Source: an uncultured Acidobacteriota bacterium
GTDB taxonomy: Bacteria; Acidobacteriota; Vicinamibacteria; Vicinamibacterales; 2-12-FULL-66-21
DNA length: 64,000 nucleotides
Direction of reading: 5' to 3'
Assembly: GCA_963749835.1 (NCBI GenBank)
Contig: CAVVOD010000003.1
Coordinates: 656,721 to 720,720, forward strand
Shown here piece by piece: positions 37,732 to 49,664 of this stretch (position 1 is the stretch's first letter; the number at the start of each line of letters is the position of its first letter). Position numbers and translations under genes: made by a program. The notes beneath the pieces were generated by a model that saw nothing but the letters and a program-made list of their open reading frames with translations, made no database searches and had not been told where the DNA came from.

Positions 37732-40461
37732 ATGCGCCGCCTCCTTCTCCTGCTGCTCCCGCGTGATGCTGGCGTTCACCAGCACGAGCTCGACCAGCAA
37801 TTCGAGTACTGCGTGCGGCGCGAGCGCGCGCGCCTCGGACGGCTGGGCGTTCCCTACGCGTGGGCGAGGCTCGTCCTCGACGTCGTGATGACGTCGCTGC
37901 TCCTCCGCCGCGACGCCTGGCACCGGCGGCGCATCAACCGCCTCGGCGCTCAGGTGACTTCTGGAGATTCGATCATGATCAGACTGCGCGAAGATATCCG
38001 CTACTCGGTCCGTGTTCTTCTTCGAAGCCCCGGTTTCTCGGCGGCAGTCGTCATCGCGCTGGGGCTGGCGATCGGCGCCACGACGAGCGTGTTCACCGTG
38101 GTGAATGCGGTGCTCCTGAAGTCGCTGCCGTTCAGGGACGCATCGCGGCTGGTCATGGTCTTTGAGGAAATTCCTGGGACGAACTCGGGTCCGATCTCGT
38201 TTTCCGCGCCGGATTTCAGAGCGTTCCAGGAACGCGCACGGAGCTTCGACGGCCTCGCGGCCTACGCCACGAAGACCTACGAGCTGTCGGGCATCGATCA
38301 ACCCGAGCGCGTGGCCGCGCTTCGCGCCTCGGCGGCGCTGTTCGACGTCCTCGGTGCCGCACCCGTCCTGGGGCGCGCATTCACGCGGGAGGAGGACGAG
38401 GGGCGGATCCCGGTGGCCGTGCTGAGCGACGGATTGTGGCGGCGATCGTTCGGCGCCGATCCGTCGGTGATCGGCCGCGCGGTGATGATCGATCGCCGTG
38501 CGCATACCGTCGTCGGCGTGATGCCCCGGACGTTCGTGTTCCCCAGCAAAGGTCCGCTTCACAACAACGAGCCGGCCGACCTCTTCGTGCCCGTCAGCTT
38601 CACGAGCGCGGAGCTGAACGGCTTCGCCAGCATGTACAACAACAGCGTCATCGGGCGCCTGAAGCCGGACGTCACGCTGCAACAGGCGGATGCAGACACG
38701 CGCGCCGTCGTCGCCCGGCTCGTGAGCGAGGTCTATCCCGCTCCGATGGGGGACGGCGGGTTCAGGCTCTCCGGATCGGTGAGCCCGCTGCGGACCGAAA
38801 CCGTCGGCCGGGTGGAACGCCTGCTCGAGATCCTGTTCGTCGCCGTGATGATTGTGCTGCTGATCGCCTGCGCCGACGTCGCCAGCCTGATGCTGACGCG
38901 CGCCGTTGCGCGAAGCCGCGAAGTCGCCGTGCGGTCGGCACTCGGCGCCAGCCGCGCGCAGCTGGCGCGGCAGGTGCTCACCGAAGCCGCGCTGCTGTCG
39001 CTCGGGGGCAGCGTGCTTGGCGTGCTCATCGCCTATGCGTCCACGGAAACGATCGCGCGGGTGGCGCCCCCGACCATCCCCAGGCTCAACGAACTCGCGC
39101 TGGACTGGCGCGTGATGACGTTCGCGATCGTCAGCTCGATGCTCACGGCGCTCGCCTGCGGCTGCCTGCCGGCCCTCGAGCTCTCGCGCCGGCCGTCCGC
39201 GGACGCGCTGAAGGACGGCGGACGGAGCGGAACGGCCGGCAGGCGTCAGAAACGGCTGTTCGGAGCGCTCGTCACGGCGCAGTTCGCCCTGGCCGTCGTA
39301 CTCCTCGTTGCCGGTGGCCTGCTGATTCGCAGCTTCAACCGGCTGATGGCGGTCGACCCCGGCTTTCGATCCGAGCGCGTGATCACGCTCGCGACGAGCC
39401 TGCCGGCGCTCGCGTATCCCGACGCGCAGTCAATCCGGGCGTTCTATCAACGGCTGCTCGAGCAGGTCGAGGCGCTGCCGGGCGTCAAGGCATCTGCGGC
39501 ATCGACCGACCTGCCGCTGTCGATTCGCGAGCGCCGAGCGTTCACGATCGAGAATCCGCCGCCGCTGCCCGAGTCCGTCCCGAAAGTGATCGCACAGGAT
39601 TGGGTCGTCGGGCAGTACTTCGAGGCGCTGGGGATCACGCTCCGACGTGGACGCTTCCTCTCCAGCCAGGACACGGGACGATCCGAGCCTGTCGTGGTCG
39701 TCAATGAAGCGTTGGCGAAGGCCTTTTGGGCGAATCTGGACCCGGTGGGACAGCGAATCGCATTCGGCGGCGCACGCGATCACGGTCCATGGATGCGCAT
39801 CGTCGGGATCGTGGCTGACGTCAAGCAGGGACCGCTGGGAACGCCGGTCGTTCCGCAGACCTATACGCCCTGGCTGCAGACCTCCAACGGAATGGTGGCG
39901 GACAACGTGGTCGGAGCCCTGCGCGCGTTGAAGGTCATTGTTCGCACCGACAGCGATCCGCTGGCGGTTGCCGGCGCCATCCAGGCCCAGGTGCGGGCCA
40001 TCGACGGCTCGCTGCCGATCTCGCGCCCCCGCACGATGGAAGAAGTCGTTCACGGATCGCTCGAGCCGCAGCGCTTCAACACGGTGCTGCTCGCGGCATT
40101 CGCGGCCGTTGCCGTCACACTGGCCGGCGTCGGGATCGCGGGCGTGCTTGCAACCGCGGTGTCACGGCGCACGCAGGAGATCGGCGTGCGCATGGCGCTC
40201 GGCGCCGAGCGGCCGCACGTGCTCAGGATGATCATCCGTCAAGGCATGGCGCTGGTGCTCGCGGGCGTGGCGGTCGGCGTCCCCGCCGCGTTCCTCGCGG
40301 CGAGGTTCATGTCGAGCCTGCTGTTCGGCGTTGGCCCGCGCGACGCAATCTCTTTTGTCGGGGCAACAACCCTGCTGCTGGCGGTGGCGCTCGTCGCCTG
40401 CTATCTGCCCGCGCGACGCGCGACCCGGGTCGATCCGATGGTCGCGCTCAGATGGGAGTAG
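37732..40461 (+). CDS. ADOP-type duplicated MacB/FtsX-like permease with N-terminal prefix domain
   Basis: Start at ATG 37732, or at the GTG 37723 coupled to the PadR stop. The track ORF (from 37312) runs over the PadR gene in another frame. Two FtsX halves are present. The C-terminus is LPARRATRVDPMVALRWE. Confidence 0.9.
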   Translation: MRRLLLLLLPRDAGVHQHELDQQFEYCVRRERARLGRLGVPYAWARLVLDVVMTSLLLRRDAWHRRRINRLGAQVTSGDSIMIRLREDIRYSVRVLLRSPGFSAAVVIALGLAIGATTSVFTVVNAVLLKSLPFRDASRLVMVFEEIPGTNSGPISFSAPDFRAFQERARSFDGLAAYATKTYELSGIDQPERVAALRASAALFDVLGAAPVLGRAFTREEDEGRIPVAVLSDGLWRRSFGADPSVIGRAVMIDRRAHTVVGVMPRTFVFPSKGPLHNNEPADLFVPVSFTSAELNGFASMYNNSVIGRLKPDVTLQQADADTRAVVARLVSEVYPAPMGDGGFRLSGSVSPLRTETVGRVERLLEILFVAVMIVLLIACADVASLMLTRAVARSREVAVRSALGASRAQLARQVLTEAALLSLGGSVLGVLIAYASTETIARVAPPTIPRLNELALDWRVMTFAIVSSMLTALACGCLPALELSRRPSADALKDGGRSGTAGRRQKRLFGALVTAQFALAVVLLVAGGLLIRSFNRLMAVDPGFRSERVITLATSLPALAYPDAQSIRAFYQRLLEQVEALPGVKASAASTDLPLSIRERRAFTIENPPPLPESVPKVIAQDWVVGQYFEALGITLRRGRFLSSQDTGRSEPVVVVNEALAKAFWANLDPVGQRIAFGGARDHGPWMRIVGIVADVKQGPLGTPVVPQTYTPWLQTSNGMVADNVVGALRALKVIVRTDSDPLAVAGAIQAQVRAIDGSLPISRPRTMEEVVHGSLEPQRFNTVLLAAFAAVAVTLAGVGIAGVLATAVSRRTQEIGVRMALGAERPHVLRMIIRQGMALVLAGVAVGVPAAFLAARFMSSLLFGVGPRDAISFVGATTLLLAVALVACYLPARRATRVDPMVALRWE

Positions 40462-40481
40462 GTGATTCGACGCGTCGCTTC

Positions 40482-40542
40482 AACGGCTTACGGTCTCATC
40501 GCGCCGGTACCTGGCCTGGTCGTACGGCTCGTGCCAGGCAGT
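40482..40542 (+). repeat. right copy of imperfect direct repeat: orphan 3'-end fragment of a sugar-dehydrogenase paralog
   Basis: Encodes AYGLIAPVPGLVVRLVPGS, compared with NYGLIAPVPGWVVRLMPVQ-stop at 33932-33995. It begins 20 nt after the ADOP stop. No upstream dehydrogenase body is present. Confidence 0.8.
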
Positions 40543-40707
40543 CGCCTTGACGGCGCGGGCGAAATTCCGGTGATCCAGTCTCACCGACCTCGGCCGTGGG
40601 ACAATGTGGGTTCCGGGCGAATTCTGACGCTCGCGTACCTAATACTGCTGCGGATGTCGATCCGCGCGTGCCTCCGCGTCAACATGGCAGACAAGGAGGA
40701 AAGAGCC

Positions 40708-41058
40708 GTGAAATACATTCTGCTGATCTACGGGGACGAGCGCGAGTGGACGTCGATGTCGAAGGAGGATATGGCCAAAGTCTACGAGGAGCACGGCGCC
40801 TACTCAGACGCGATGGTCAAGGCCGGTGTGATGCGGGGCGGTTACGAGTTGCAGCCCGTTGCGACGGCAACCAGCCTGCGCTTCACCAACGGCAAGGCGA
40901 AGACGTTCGACGGTCCATTCGCCGAGACGAAGGAGCAGCTCGGCGGTTATTACATCATTGAAGTGGACACGCTCGACCAGGCAATCGAGTGGGCTGAGAA
41001 GATGCCGGCGATGGCTTCGGGCACGGTTGAGATCCGTCCGCTCGGCATGGGCTCGTGA
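40708..41058 (+). CDS. YCII-related (DGPF) domain protein
   Basis: VKYILLIYGDEREWTSMSKEDMAKVYEEHGAYSDAM...FDGPFAETKEQLGGYYIIEVDTLDQAIEWAEKMP. The GTG at 40708 lies 8 nt after AGGAGG (40694-99). ATG 40684 is an alternative start. Confidence 0.85.
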   Translation: MKYILLIYGDEREWTSMSKEDMAKVYEEHGAYSDAMVKAGVMRGGYELQPVATATSLRFTNGKAKTFDGPFAETKEQLGGYYIIEVDTLDQAIEWAEKMPAMASGTVEIRPLGMGS

Positions 41059-41076
41059 CGCCCCCGGCCTCTCCGC

Positions 41077-42381
41077 ATGCTGCTCACCCGCATCGTCGAT
41101 AAGGTCGCCCGAACGGACGGTCCGCGCGTGCTCGCCGGGCTGATCCGCCTGACCGGAGGCGACTTCGAGGCGGCTGAGGACGCGCTCCAGGAGGCCTACG
41201 CGCGCGCGCTGGTCGTATGGCGCCGGGATGGGCTCCCGGCGCAGCCCGGCGCGTGGATAAACACCGTGTCGCGTCGCGTGCTCCTCGATGCGCTTCGACG
41301 CGGGGCCACGCGCCGCAAACGGTGTGCGTCGCTCGACGATGAAGTCGCGGACACCACCTGGATCGAGATGCCCGCCGCTGATGCTGACGGTCCTGCGCCC
41401 GTCGACCCTTCAGGCATCGACGACGACCGGCTTCGGCTGCTCTTCGTGTGCTGCCATCCTGCGCTCTCGCCAGAGGCGCAGAAGACGCTCGCGCTGCGAA
41501 CCCTCGGCGGCCTGACGACACGACAGATCGCGCGCGCGTTCGTGGAGCCTGAACCGACGACCGCGCAACGTCTGGTCCGGGCCAAGCGGAAGATTCGCGA
41601 TACGCGGATCTCGTACGAGGTGCCGCCGCGGGCAAGGCTCCCTGAGCGCATCGATGTCGTCCTGTCGGTGCTCTACCTGATTTTCAATGAGGGGTACGCG
41701 TCCACGGACGCGCCCTCGCTCGTCCGTCCGGATCTGATGACGGAAGCGATCCGTCTCGCCCGCCTTGCGGTGGAGCTGCTGCCGGACTCGGCCGAAGCTC
41801 GTGGCCTGCTTGCGCTGACGCTCCTCACTGACGCCCGTCGTCCTGGCCGCCTCACCGAGCACGGGGAGTTCGTGCCGCTCGAGGAACAGGACCGTAGTCT
41901 CTGGAATCACGGGCAGATCGACGAAGGCGTGAAGCTTCTGGACGAGGCCCTCGCACACGGCGCGCCAGGGCCCTATCAGATTCAGGCGGCAATTGCGGCG
42001 CTCCACTCGCGCGCCCACACCGCCGCCGCGACGGACTGGCCACAGATCGCCGCGCTCTACCGCGCCCTGCTGCAGCAGCTGCCGACCCCAGTCGTCGAAC
42101 TGAACGCCGCCGTTGCGCTGGGTCTTGCGACCGACGTCGATCGCGCGCTGAATTGGATCGCGCGGCTGGAACAGCACCCGGACCTCGCGGGCTACCACCT
42201 CCTGCCCGCGTCGCAGGCGGATCTGCTGAGGCGTCAGGGACGATTCGAAGCCGCGTCCCGCGCCTATCGCCGCGCGCTGACGCTCGTCACGAATCCGGCG
42301 GAACGGCGGTATCTGGACCGGCGCCTCGCGGAGACCCTGCGGGGCGAAGACAAAGCGACTTGCACCCATGTCGCCAGATAA
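41077..42381 (+). CDS. ECF sigma factor with long C-terminal TPR-like extension (ECF42-like)
   Basis: Sigma-2 region (FEAAEDALQEAYARALVVW...PGAWINTVSRRVLLDALRR) and sigma-4 region (LRTLGGLTTRQIARAFVEPEPTTAQRLVRAKRKI), plus a ~230-aa helical extension. It lies immediately downstream of a DGPF gene. Confidence 0.85.
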   Translation: MLLTRIVDKVARTDGPRVLAGLIRLTGGDFEAAEDALQEAYARALVVWRRDGLPAQPGAWINTVSRRVLLDALRRGATRRKRCASLDDEVADTTWIEMPAADADGPAPVDPSGIDDDRLRLLFVCCHPALSPEAQKTLALRTLGGLTTRQIARAFVEPEPTTAQRLVRAKRKIRDTRISYEVPPRARLPERIDVVLSVLYLIFNEGYASTDAPSLVRPDLMTEAIRLARLAVELLPDSAEARGLLALTLLTDARRPGRLTEHGEFVPLEEQDRSLWNHGQIDEGVKLLDEALAHGAPGPYQIQAAIAALHSRAHTAAATDWPQIAALYRALLQQLPTPVVELNAAVALGLATDVDRALNWIARLEQHPDLAGYHLLPASQADLLRRQGRFEAASRAYRRALTLVTNPAERRYLDRRLAETLRGEDKATCTHVAR

Positions 42382-42570
42382 ATTGTTTGACGTTATTGAA
42401 ACCCAGGATGACGGAGGAGTACCAGTGCCGTCGAGGTGATCGAGAAGACCGATCGAGACGGCATACCGATCCGACCATGGGCCCCATGCCCAGCCGCTCG
42501 CAGACGAGACCGATCTGCGTCGGCAGAGCGCGATGGCATTGCTGAAACCAAATAGCCGGTGCCCGATCGA

Positions 42571-45027
<2,457 letters not shown>

Positions 45028-45147
45028 TCCTCCCTGACGTGAACTACGACACGGGACCCCAATCGTTCCACAAGACAGTGCGCAGCGACACCGCGGTTCA
45101 GAAAGGCTAAGCTGTCCCTCGCAGTCGACAACACGGAGAGGTGAACG

Positions 45148-46059
45148 ATGAGCCCGCGTCTCGCCGGGACGGCTGTTGTACTGTGGCTGTCGATTGCGGC
45201 CGCGTCAGGCCAGGAGACTGACACGGTTCGCACGGCTGGTTCCGACATCAGGATCCTACCGATCGCACACGGGACGCTTGGCATCGTCCAGGGCGAGAAC
45301 GTCATCTTGATCGACCCCGCTCGATTTGTCCCTGCGCAGCCGGAAGTGCCTCGCGCAGACCTTCAGGAACTGGCTAAAGCTTACTTGACGAAGTTTGGCG
45401 CGCCACCCCCGCCAACTCCTCCAGATGGCGAACCCGTACCTGAATTGCTCGTTTCTGCGGTCTCAGTGCGATCTGAGCAGATGGCCAGGCTTCTTGGCCT
45501 GAAGCCGCCCACCCTGATACTGATCACACACGCCCACACGGACCATCTCGATCCACGAGCAATTGCCGCCCTCCGAACACCAACTACACAGCTCATCGTG
45601 CCGACGTTCGCTCGGGGCATGTTGCTCGACGTTCAAGGCGCTCTGACGATGGCGAACGGCGAACGCCGCGGCCTGGGCGACGTGGTCGTCGAAGCCGTGC
45701 CCATGTACAACATGGACCCGGATCCCAAGCTCGGATTCATCTTCCACCCCAAAGGACGTGGGAATGGGTACATCATCACCGTTGCCGGCACACGACTGTC
45801 TGTCGCCGGCGACACCGGCTGCACGCCAGAGATGATGGGGATGAGGAACATCGATGTGGCGTTTGTGCCCATGAACCTTCCATACACGATGTCGCCCGCT
45901 CAGGCTGCAGAGTGCGTTCGAACGATGAATCCCAGGATTGTGTATCCCTACCACTACTTTGGGTCGGACCTTGCGGTCTTTCAGTCAGCGCTGAAAGGGA
46001 CGGGAATAGAGGTGCGCATCCGGGACTGGTACACAGGCGCGAAGGAAAGCTCAAGGTAA
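45148..46059 (+). CDS. MBL-fold metallo-hydrolase with signal peptide
   Basis: LILITHAHTDHLD (HxHxDH motif), with later GDTG and H residues. The signal peptide is AVVLWLSIAAASGQ. GGAGAGG lies upstream of the ATG. Confidence 0.85.
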   Translation: MSPRLAGTAVVLWLSIAAASGQETDTVRTAGSDIRILPIAHGTLGIVQGENVILIDPARFVPAQPEVPRADLQELAKAYLTKFGAPPPPTPPDGEPVPELLVSAVSVRSEQMARLLGLKPPTLILITHAHTDHLDPRAIAALRTPTTQLIVPTFARGMLLDVQGALTMANGERRGLGDVVVEAVPMYNMDPDPKLGFIFHPKGRGNGYIITVAGTRLSVAGDTGCTPEMMGMRNIDVAFVPMNLPYTMSPAQAAECVRTMNPRIVYPYHYFGSDLAVFQSALKGTGIEVRIRDWYTGAKESSR

Positions 46060-46239
46060 GTCGTCGACAGAACCAGCGATTCTCGCTGCGCTCTTCGCAC
46101 GCCGCACAACCACGTGTGGACGGTGCGGGACGTTCACCATACGCGCCATCTCGAGGTTGGTTCGCGGCAATGGTCTCCTGCGTTGCTGTACGGCGATCAC
46201 ACAGGACAGCGGCCGCTGCGAGCAAGGCCGAGGGCGGAG

Positions 46240-48999
46240 CTACACATCCGCTCGCAAGGCGACAACGGGATCGACGCGCGCGGCGCGGCGCGCTGGAAGA
46301 TATATCGCCAGCAGCATCACGGCTGCCAGCGCTCCTGACACGGCCGCATACGTCATGGGATCCGTCGGGCTCACGCCGAACAGCAGCGCGCGCATCACCC
46401 GGCTGAGCGCGAGCGCCGCACCGACGCCGAGCGCGATGCCGATGGTCGTCAGCCAGAGGCCGTGCCGCAGAAACATCCTGCGAACATCCCCAATCTGCGC
46501 GCCGAGCGCCATGCGGATGCCGATCTCTCGCGTGCGCTGTGCGGCGATATAGGCGATGACGCCATAGAGCCCGACGATGCCGAGCAGCAGCGCCATGAGC
46601 GCGCCGATGACGAGCATCGTGAGCGTGAAGGACGTCTGGGCCATCGAGTCCGCCCGTATCTCGTCGAGAGTCTGTACGTTCGCCAGCGGGAGACTGGGAT
46701 TCACGGACCAGACCGCCTGCTCGAGCTCGTGCAGGAAGCCCGGCGAATGGATCCGGTCCGATCGGACGGCGTACGACATCGTGCGGGAAACGAACGGCCC
46801 GTCCACCAGCCGCTTCGTGGCCATCGGCCAGTACGCGATCGCGGGTGCGGGCTGATTCAGCCCATCATCGCGCTCGTCCCCGACGATCCCGATGATCTCC
46901 CGCCAGGGCTGCCTGGGGCTGACGCGCATGCGCTTGCCGAGGGCGTCCGCCGGATTCGCCCAGTACGCGCGGGCGAGCGACTCGGACACGACCACAACGA
47001 GGGCGTCCTGGTAAATGTCCGTCCAGGTGACGCTGCGTCCAACGAGCACCCGGTTGCCCATCGCCTGGAAGTATCCAGGTGCGATGAATTTGTGGCGACG
47101 AAACTGGCGAGCCCGGGCGCCAGTCTCAGGGAATGCTTCGACCAGGATCGAGCCGTTGAAGTAGATCCCATCCATCGTCATCGACGAGGCCAGTCCGACC
47201 GACTGCACGCCGGGGAGCTGTCGCAGGCGTTCGGCAATCTGCTCGTGCGTTCGTGCGGTCTGCTGCGCATCGCTGACGAGCGTCTGGGGGATCGCCACGC
47301 GGAACGTCTGCAGCTGTTCGGGACGCGTGAAGCCGGGATCGACCCGACGCAACGCGAGGAACGTGCGGATCATCAGGCCCGACACGACCAGGAGCACGAG
47401 GGCCAGCGCGACCTGCGCCACGACGAGCGTGTTGCGCGTGCGGTGCCGTTCCGGACCCCCGCTCCCCGCCCGGCCGCTTTCCTGAAGCGCTGTCAGACTC
47501 GGCGCCCCGAACTTGAGCACGCCGACCAGACCGAAGAAGAATCCCGCGACGAGCGCGGTCCCGAGCGTGAACAGCAAGACGACCGGGTGAAATCCGATCT
47601 CGTCGACGCGCGGTAGTCCGGACGGCGCCAACCAGACCAGCAGGCCAATGCCCGCACGGGCGAGCGCCAGGCCCAGCAGGCCGCCGGCGAGCCCGAGCGT
47701 CACGCATTCGGTGAGCAGCCCGCGGGCCACCCGGCCTCGGCTCGCACCCAGCGCCGATCGGACGGCGAGCTCGCGCCGGCGACCCTCGGCCCGCACGAGG
47801 AAGAGGTTCGCCACGTTGGCGCAGGCCATCAACAGGACGATCCCGACCGTGCCGAACAGGATCCACAGCACGCGTCCGACATCGCCAATCACGTCGTCCG
47901 ACAGCGGATGGACATGGGGCTTCAACCGTATCGGCTGCTCGCCCGCCTGCGGTGGGAACCGCTCGAACACGCGCGGAATCAGGCGTGCCACATCGTCGTT
48001 CGCCTGCGCGATCGTGACGCCAGCCTTGAGCCGAGCAATACCGAAATAACTGAAGTTGCCCAGCGCGGGGTCGGCGCGATTGAATCGGAATGGCAGCACC
48101 ACCGAGGGATCCGTGTCGAGGAACCTGAACGACGCGGGCAGGACACCGATCACTTCGTGCGGCTTGCCGTCGATGGTCACCATCTGCCCGACAATGTCCC
48201 GGTCGCCGCCGAACCGTCGCTGCCAATAGCCGTAGGTCAACACCGTCCGATCCGGACTGCCAGGCGCGTCGTCTGCCTCGGTGAACAGCCGGCCGAGCAG
48301 CGGCGTCACTTTCAGAATCGGCAGCGTGCCGTCGGTGACGTACAGCGTTTTAACGCGTTCGGGCTCGCCCCGACCCGTGATCGAGACATCGGGAAACGGG
48401 ACCCACAAGCCGACGTCCTCGAACACACGGCCATCGTCACGATAGGTGAAGTAGGTCGAGGGGCTTTGCTGGAACTTGTCGAAGCCCAACTCGTGGGCCG
48501 TGTGCCACATGCCGACCAGGCGGTCCGGCTCGGTGAATGGGAGTGGCTTCAACAGCACGCCGTAGATCACGCTGAAGATCGCGGTCGTGGCGCCGATTCC
48601 GAGCGCCAGCGTCAGCACGGCCATCGCCGCGAACCCCGGCTGCTTCAAGGACATCCGCATCGTGTAGCGCAGGTCCTGCCAGAGATCGGTCAGCACGTGT
48701 CCGGTCCGGACTCCCGGCGTGATTGATGGCGGGACGTGCGCTTGCCGCAGCGGCGCCATCAGCTGCGCGAGGACGTTCCCACTGGTGAACTCGGCGAGCG
48801 CCAGGCGCGTCGCCGCCTCCGGTGACGCCCCTCCTGCGATCAACTCCCGATAGCGGTCGGCCAGATGCTGCGTGAGTTCGTCGACGATCTCCGCCTCACG
48901 GGCGGGCGAGAGATGCAACGAGGCCAGCCGTGTGCGTACCTCGCGCGCCCATTGCGCCGTGAGCGCCCCGTCGTTTGTCGGAGTCGAGGGATCAGGCAT
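46240..48999 (-). CDS. ADOP-type duplicated MacB/FtsX-like permease (intact)
   Basis: 919 aa with an N-terminal prefix domain (…SPAREAEIVDELTQHLADRYREL…) and two FtsX halves. The C-terminus is LPARRAARVDPVVALRADV. Its ATG overlaps the end of the degraded PadR frame (ATGCCTGA). Confidence 0.9.
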   Translation of the reverse strand: MPDPSTPTNDGALTAQWAREVRTRLASLHLSPAREAEIVDELTQHLADRYRELIAGGASPEAATRLALAEFTSGNVLAQLMAPLRQAHVPPSITPGVRTGHVLTDLWQDLRYTMRMSLKQPGFAAMAVLTLALGIGATTAIFSVIYGVLLKPLPFTEPDRLVGMWHTAHELGFDKFQQSPSTYFTYRDDGRVFEDVGLWVPFPDVSITGRGEPERVKTLYVTDGTLPILKVTPLLGRLFTEADDAPGSPDRTVLTYGYWQRRFGGDRDIVGQMVTIDGKPHEVIGVLPASFRFLDTDPSVVLPFRFNRADPALGNFSYFGIARLKAGVTIAQANDDVARLIPRVFERFPPQAGEQPIRLKPHVHPLSDDVIGDVGRVLWILFGTVGIVLLMACANVANLFLVRAEGRRRELAVRSALGASRGRVARGLLTECVTLGLAGGLLGLALARAGIGLLVWLAPSGLPRVDEIGFHPVVLLFTLGTALVAGFFFGLVGVLKFGAPSLTALQESGRAGSGGPERHRTRNTLVVAQVALALVLLVVSGLMIRTFLALRRVDPGFTRPEQLQTFRVAIPQTLVSDAQQTARTHEQIAERLRQLPGVQSVGLASSMTMDGIYFNGSILVEAFPETGARARQFRRHKFIAPGYFQAMGNRVLVGRSVTWTDIYQDALVVVVSESLARAYWANPADALGKRMRVSPRQPWREIIGIVGDERDDGLNQPAPAIAYWPMATKRLVDGPFVSRTMSYAVRSDRIHSPGFLHELEQAVWSVNPSLPLANVQTLDEIRADSMAQTSFTLTMLVIGALMALLLGIVGLYGVIAYIAAQRTREIGIRMALGAQIGDVRRMFLRHGLWLTTIGIALGVGAALALSRVMRALLFGVSPTDPMTYAAVSGALAAVMLLAIYLPARRAARVDPVVALRADV

Positions 49000-49215
49000 G
49001 TTCGCCTCCCGTCACCCGCCGCACCGCCTCGACGAGTGCGGCCCATGTCTTGCGTTACTGAGCGAGCACGCGTCGCCCTTCAGCCGTCACCTTGTAGAAC
49101 CGGCGGCGCCGCTCGTCGGGCTTCTCGACCCACGTGCCCCGAATCCACCCGCGTTCCTCGAGGCGGAGCCCTTCTTCAGCTCGCGGTCGAGCGCGCGCGT
49201 GTCGATACCTGTCAT
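48992..49215 (-). pseudogene. degraded PadR-family regulator (internal deletion/frameshift plus in-frame TAA)
   Basis: From ATG 49215 the sequence reads MTGIDTRALDRELKKG. It then jumps, with a frame change near 49165-49172, to LRLEERGWIRGTWVEKPDERRRRFYKVTAEGRRVLAQ-TAA(49055-57)-RKTWAALVEAVRRVTGGEHA-stop. Relative to the two intact PadR genes, the ~45 aa carrying the recognition helix are absent. Confidence 0.7.
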
Positions 49216-49664
49216 AAACAGATACTATAGAGACAGGTGTCACGAGTCAATTCGTGCTTCCAGCTCATGTCGCTCATGCAGATCCTGGGGATCACGAACG
49301 CTGCAGGCGACTGGCGCTTCCTCGGATTCGGCGCGCTGTTCACGATGATCGTGACCGCTTCTCGGTTGAAAACTGCGGCACGCTCCCGTCGTGATCGGCT
49401 GCGGCAGCTTCGTCGTCCTGTTCGTGATCGACCGTCGCAACGCGACCGTCACCGCGCCATCATCGCGAGCAAGCTCGATCTGACCGGTGCGCACGCCCTG
49501 CTGCAATTCGCCACGGAGCACAAGGCCGAGCTCTGAGGGCCGTCCGGACTCCGCACGTCGGGCTACGTAGTCCTACCCATTGGAATAGGTAGCACCTGCC
49601 AGCGCAAATGCGTACTTGCACCGAAGCGGCATCCGCCCGCGTCGGCGCAGGCTGTCCTGAACGC

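Noticed and set aside
40462-40707. N-terminal 80 aa of track ORF 40462-41058 (MIRRVASTAYGLIAPVPG...).
   Set aside because: The first part is the orphan dehydrogenase 3' fragment and the rest is non-coding-looking. The YCII domain starts at the RBS-supported GTG 40708.
49450-49536. Tail of ORF 49237-49536 (…HRAIIASKLDLTGAHALLQFATEHKAEL) resembling the last helix of a LuxR/FixJ-type HTH.
   Set aside because: GC3 supports coding for only ~27 codons. The upstream part of the frame has low GC3 and no HTH. I could not assemble a complete domain, so it may be a gene fragment or chance.
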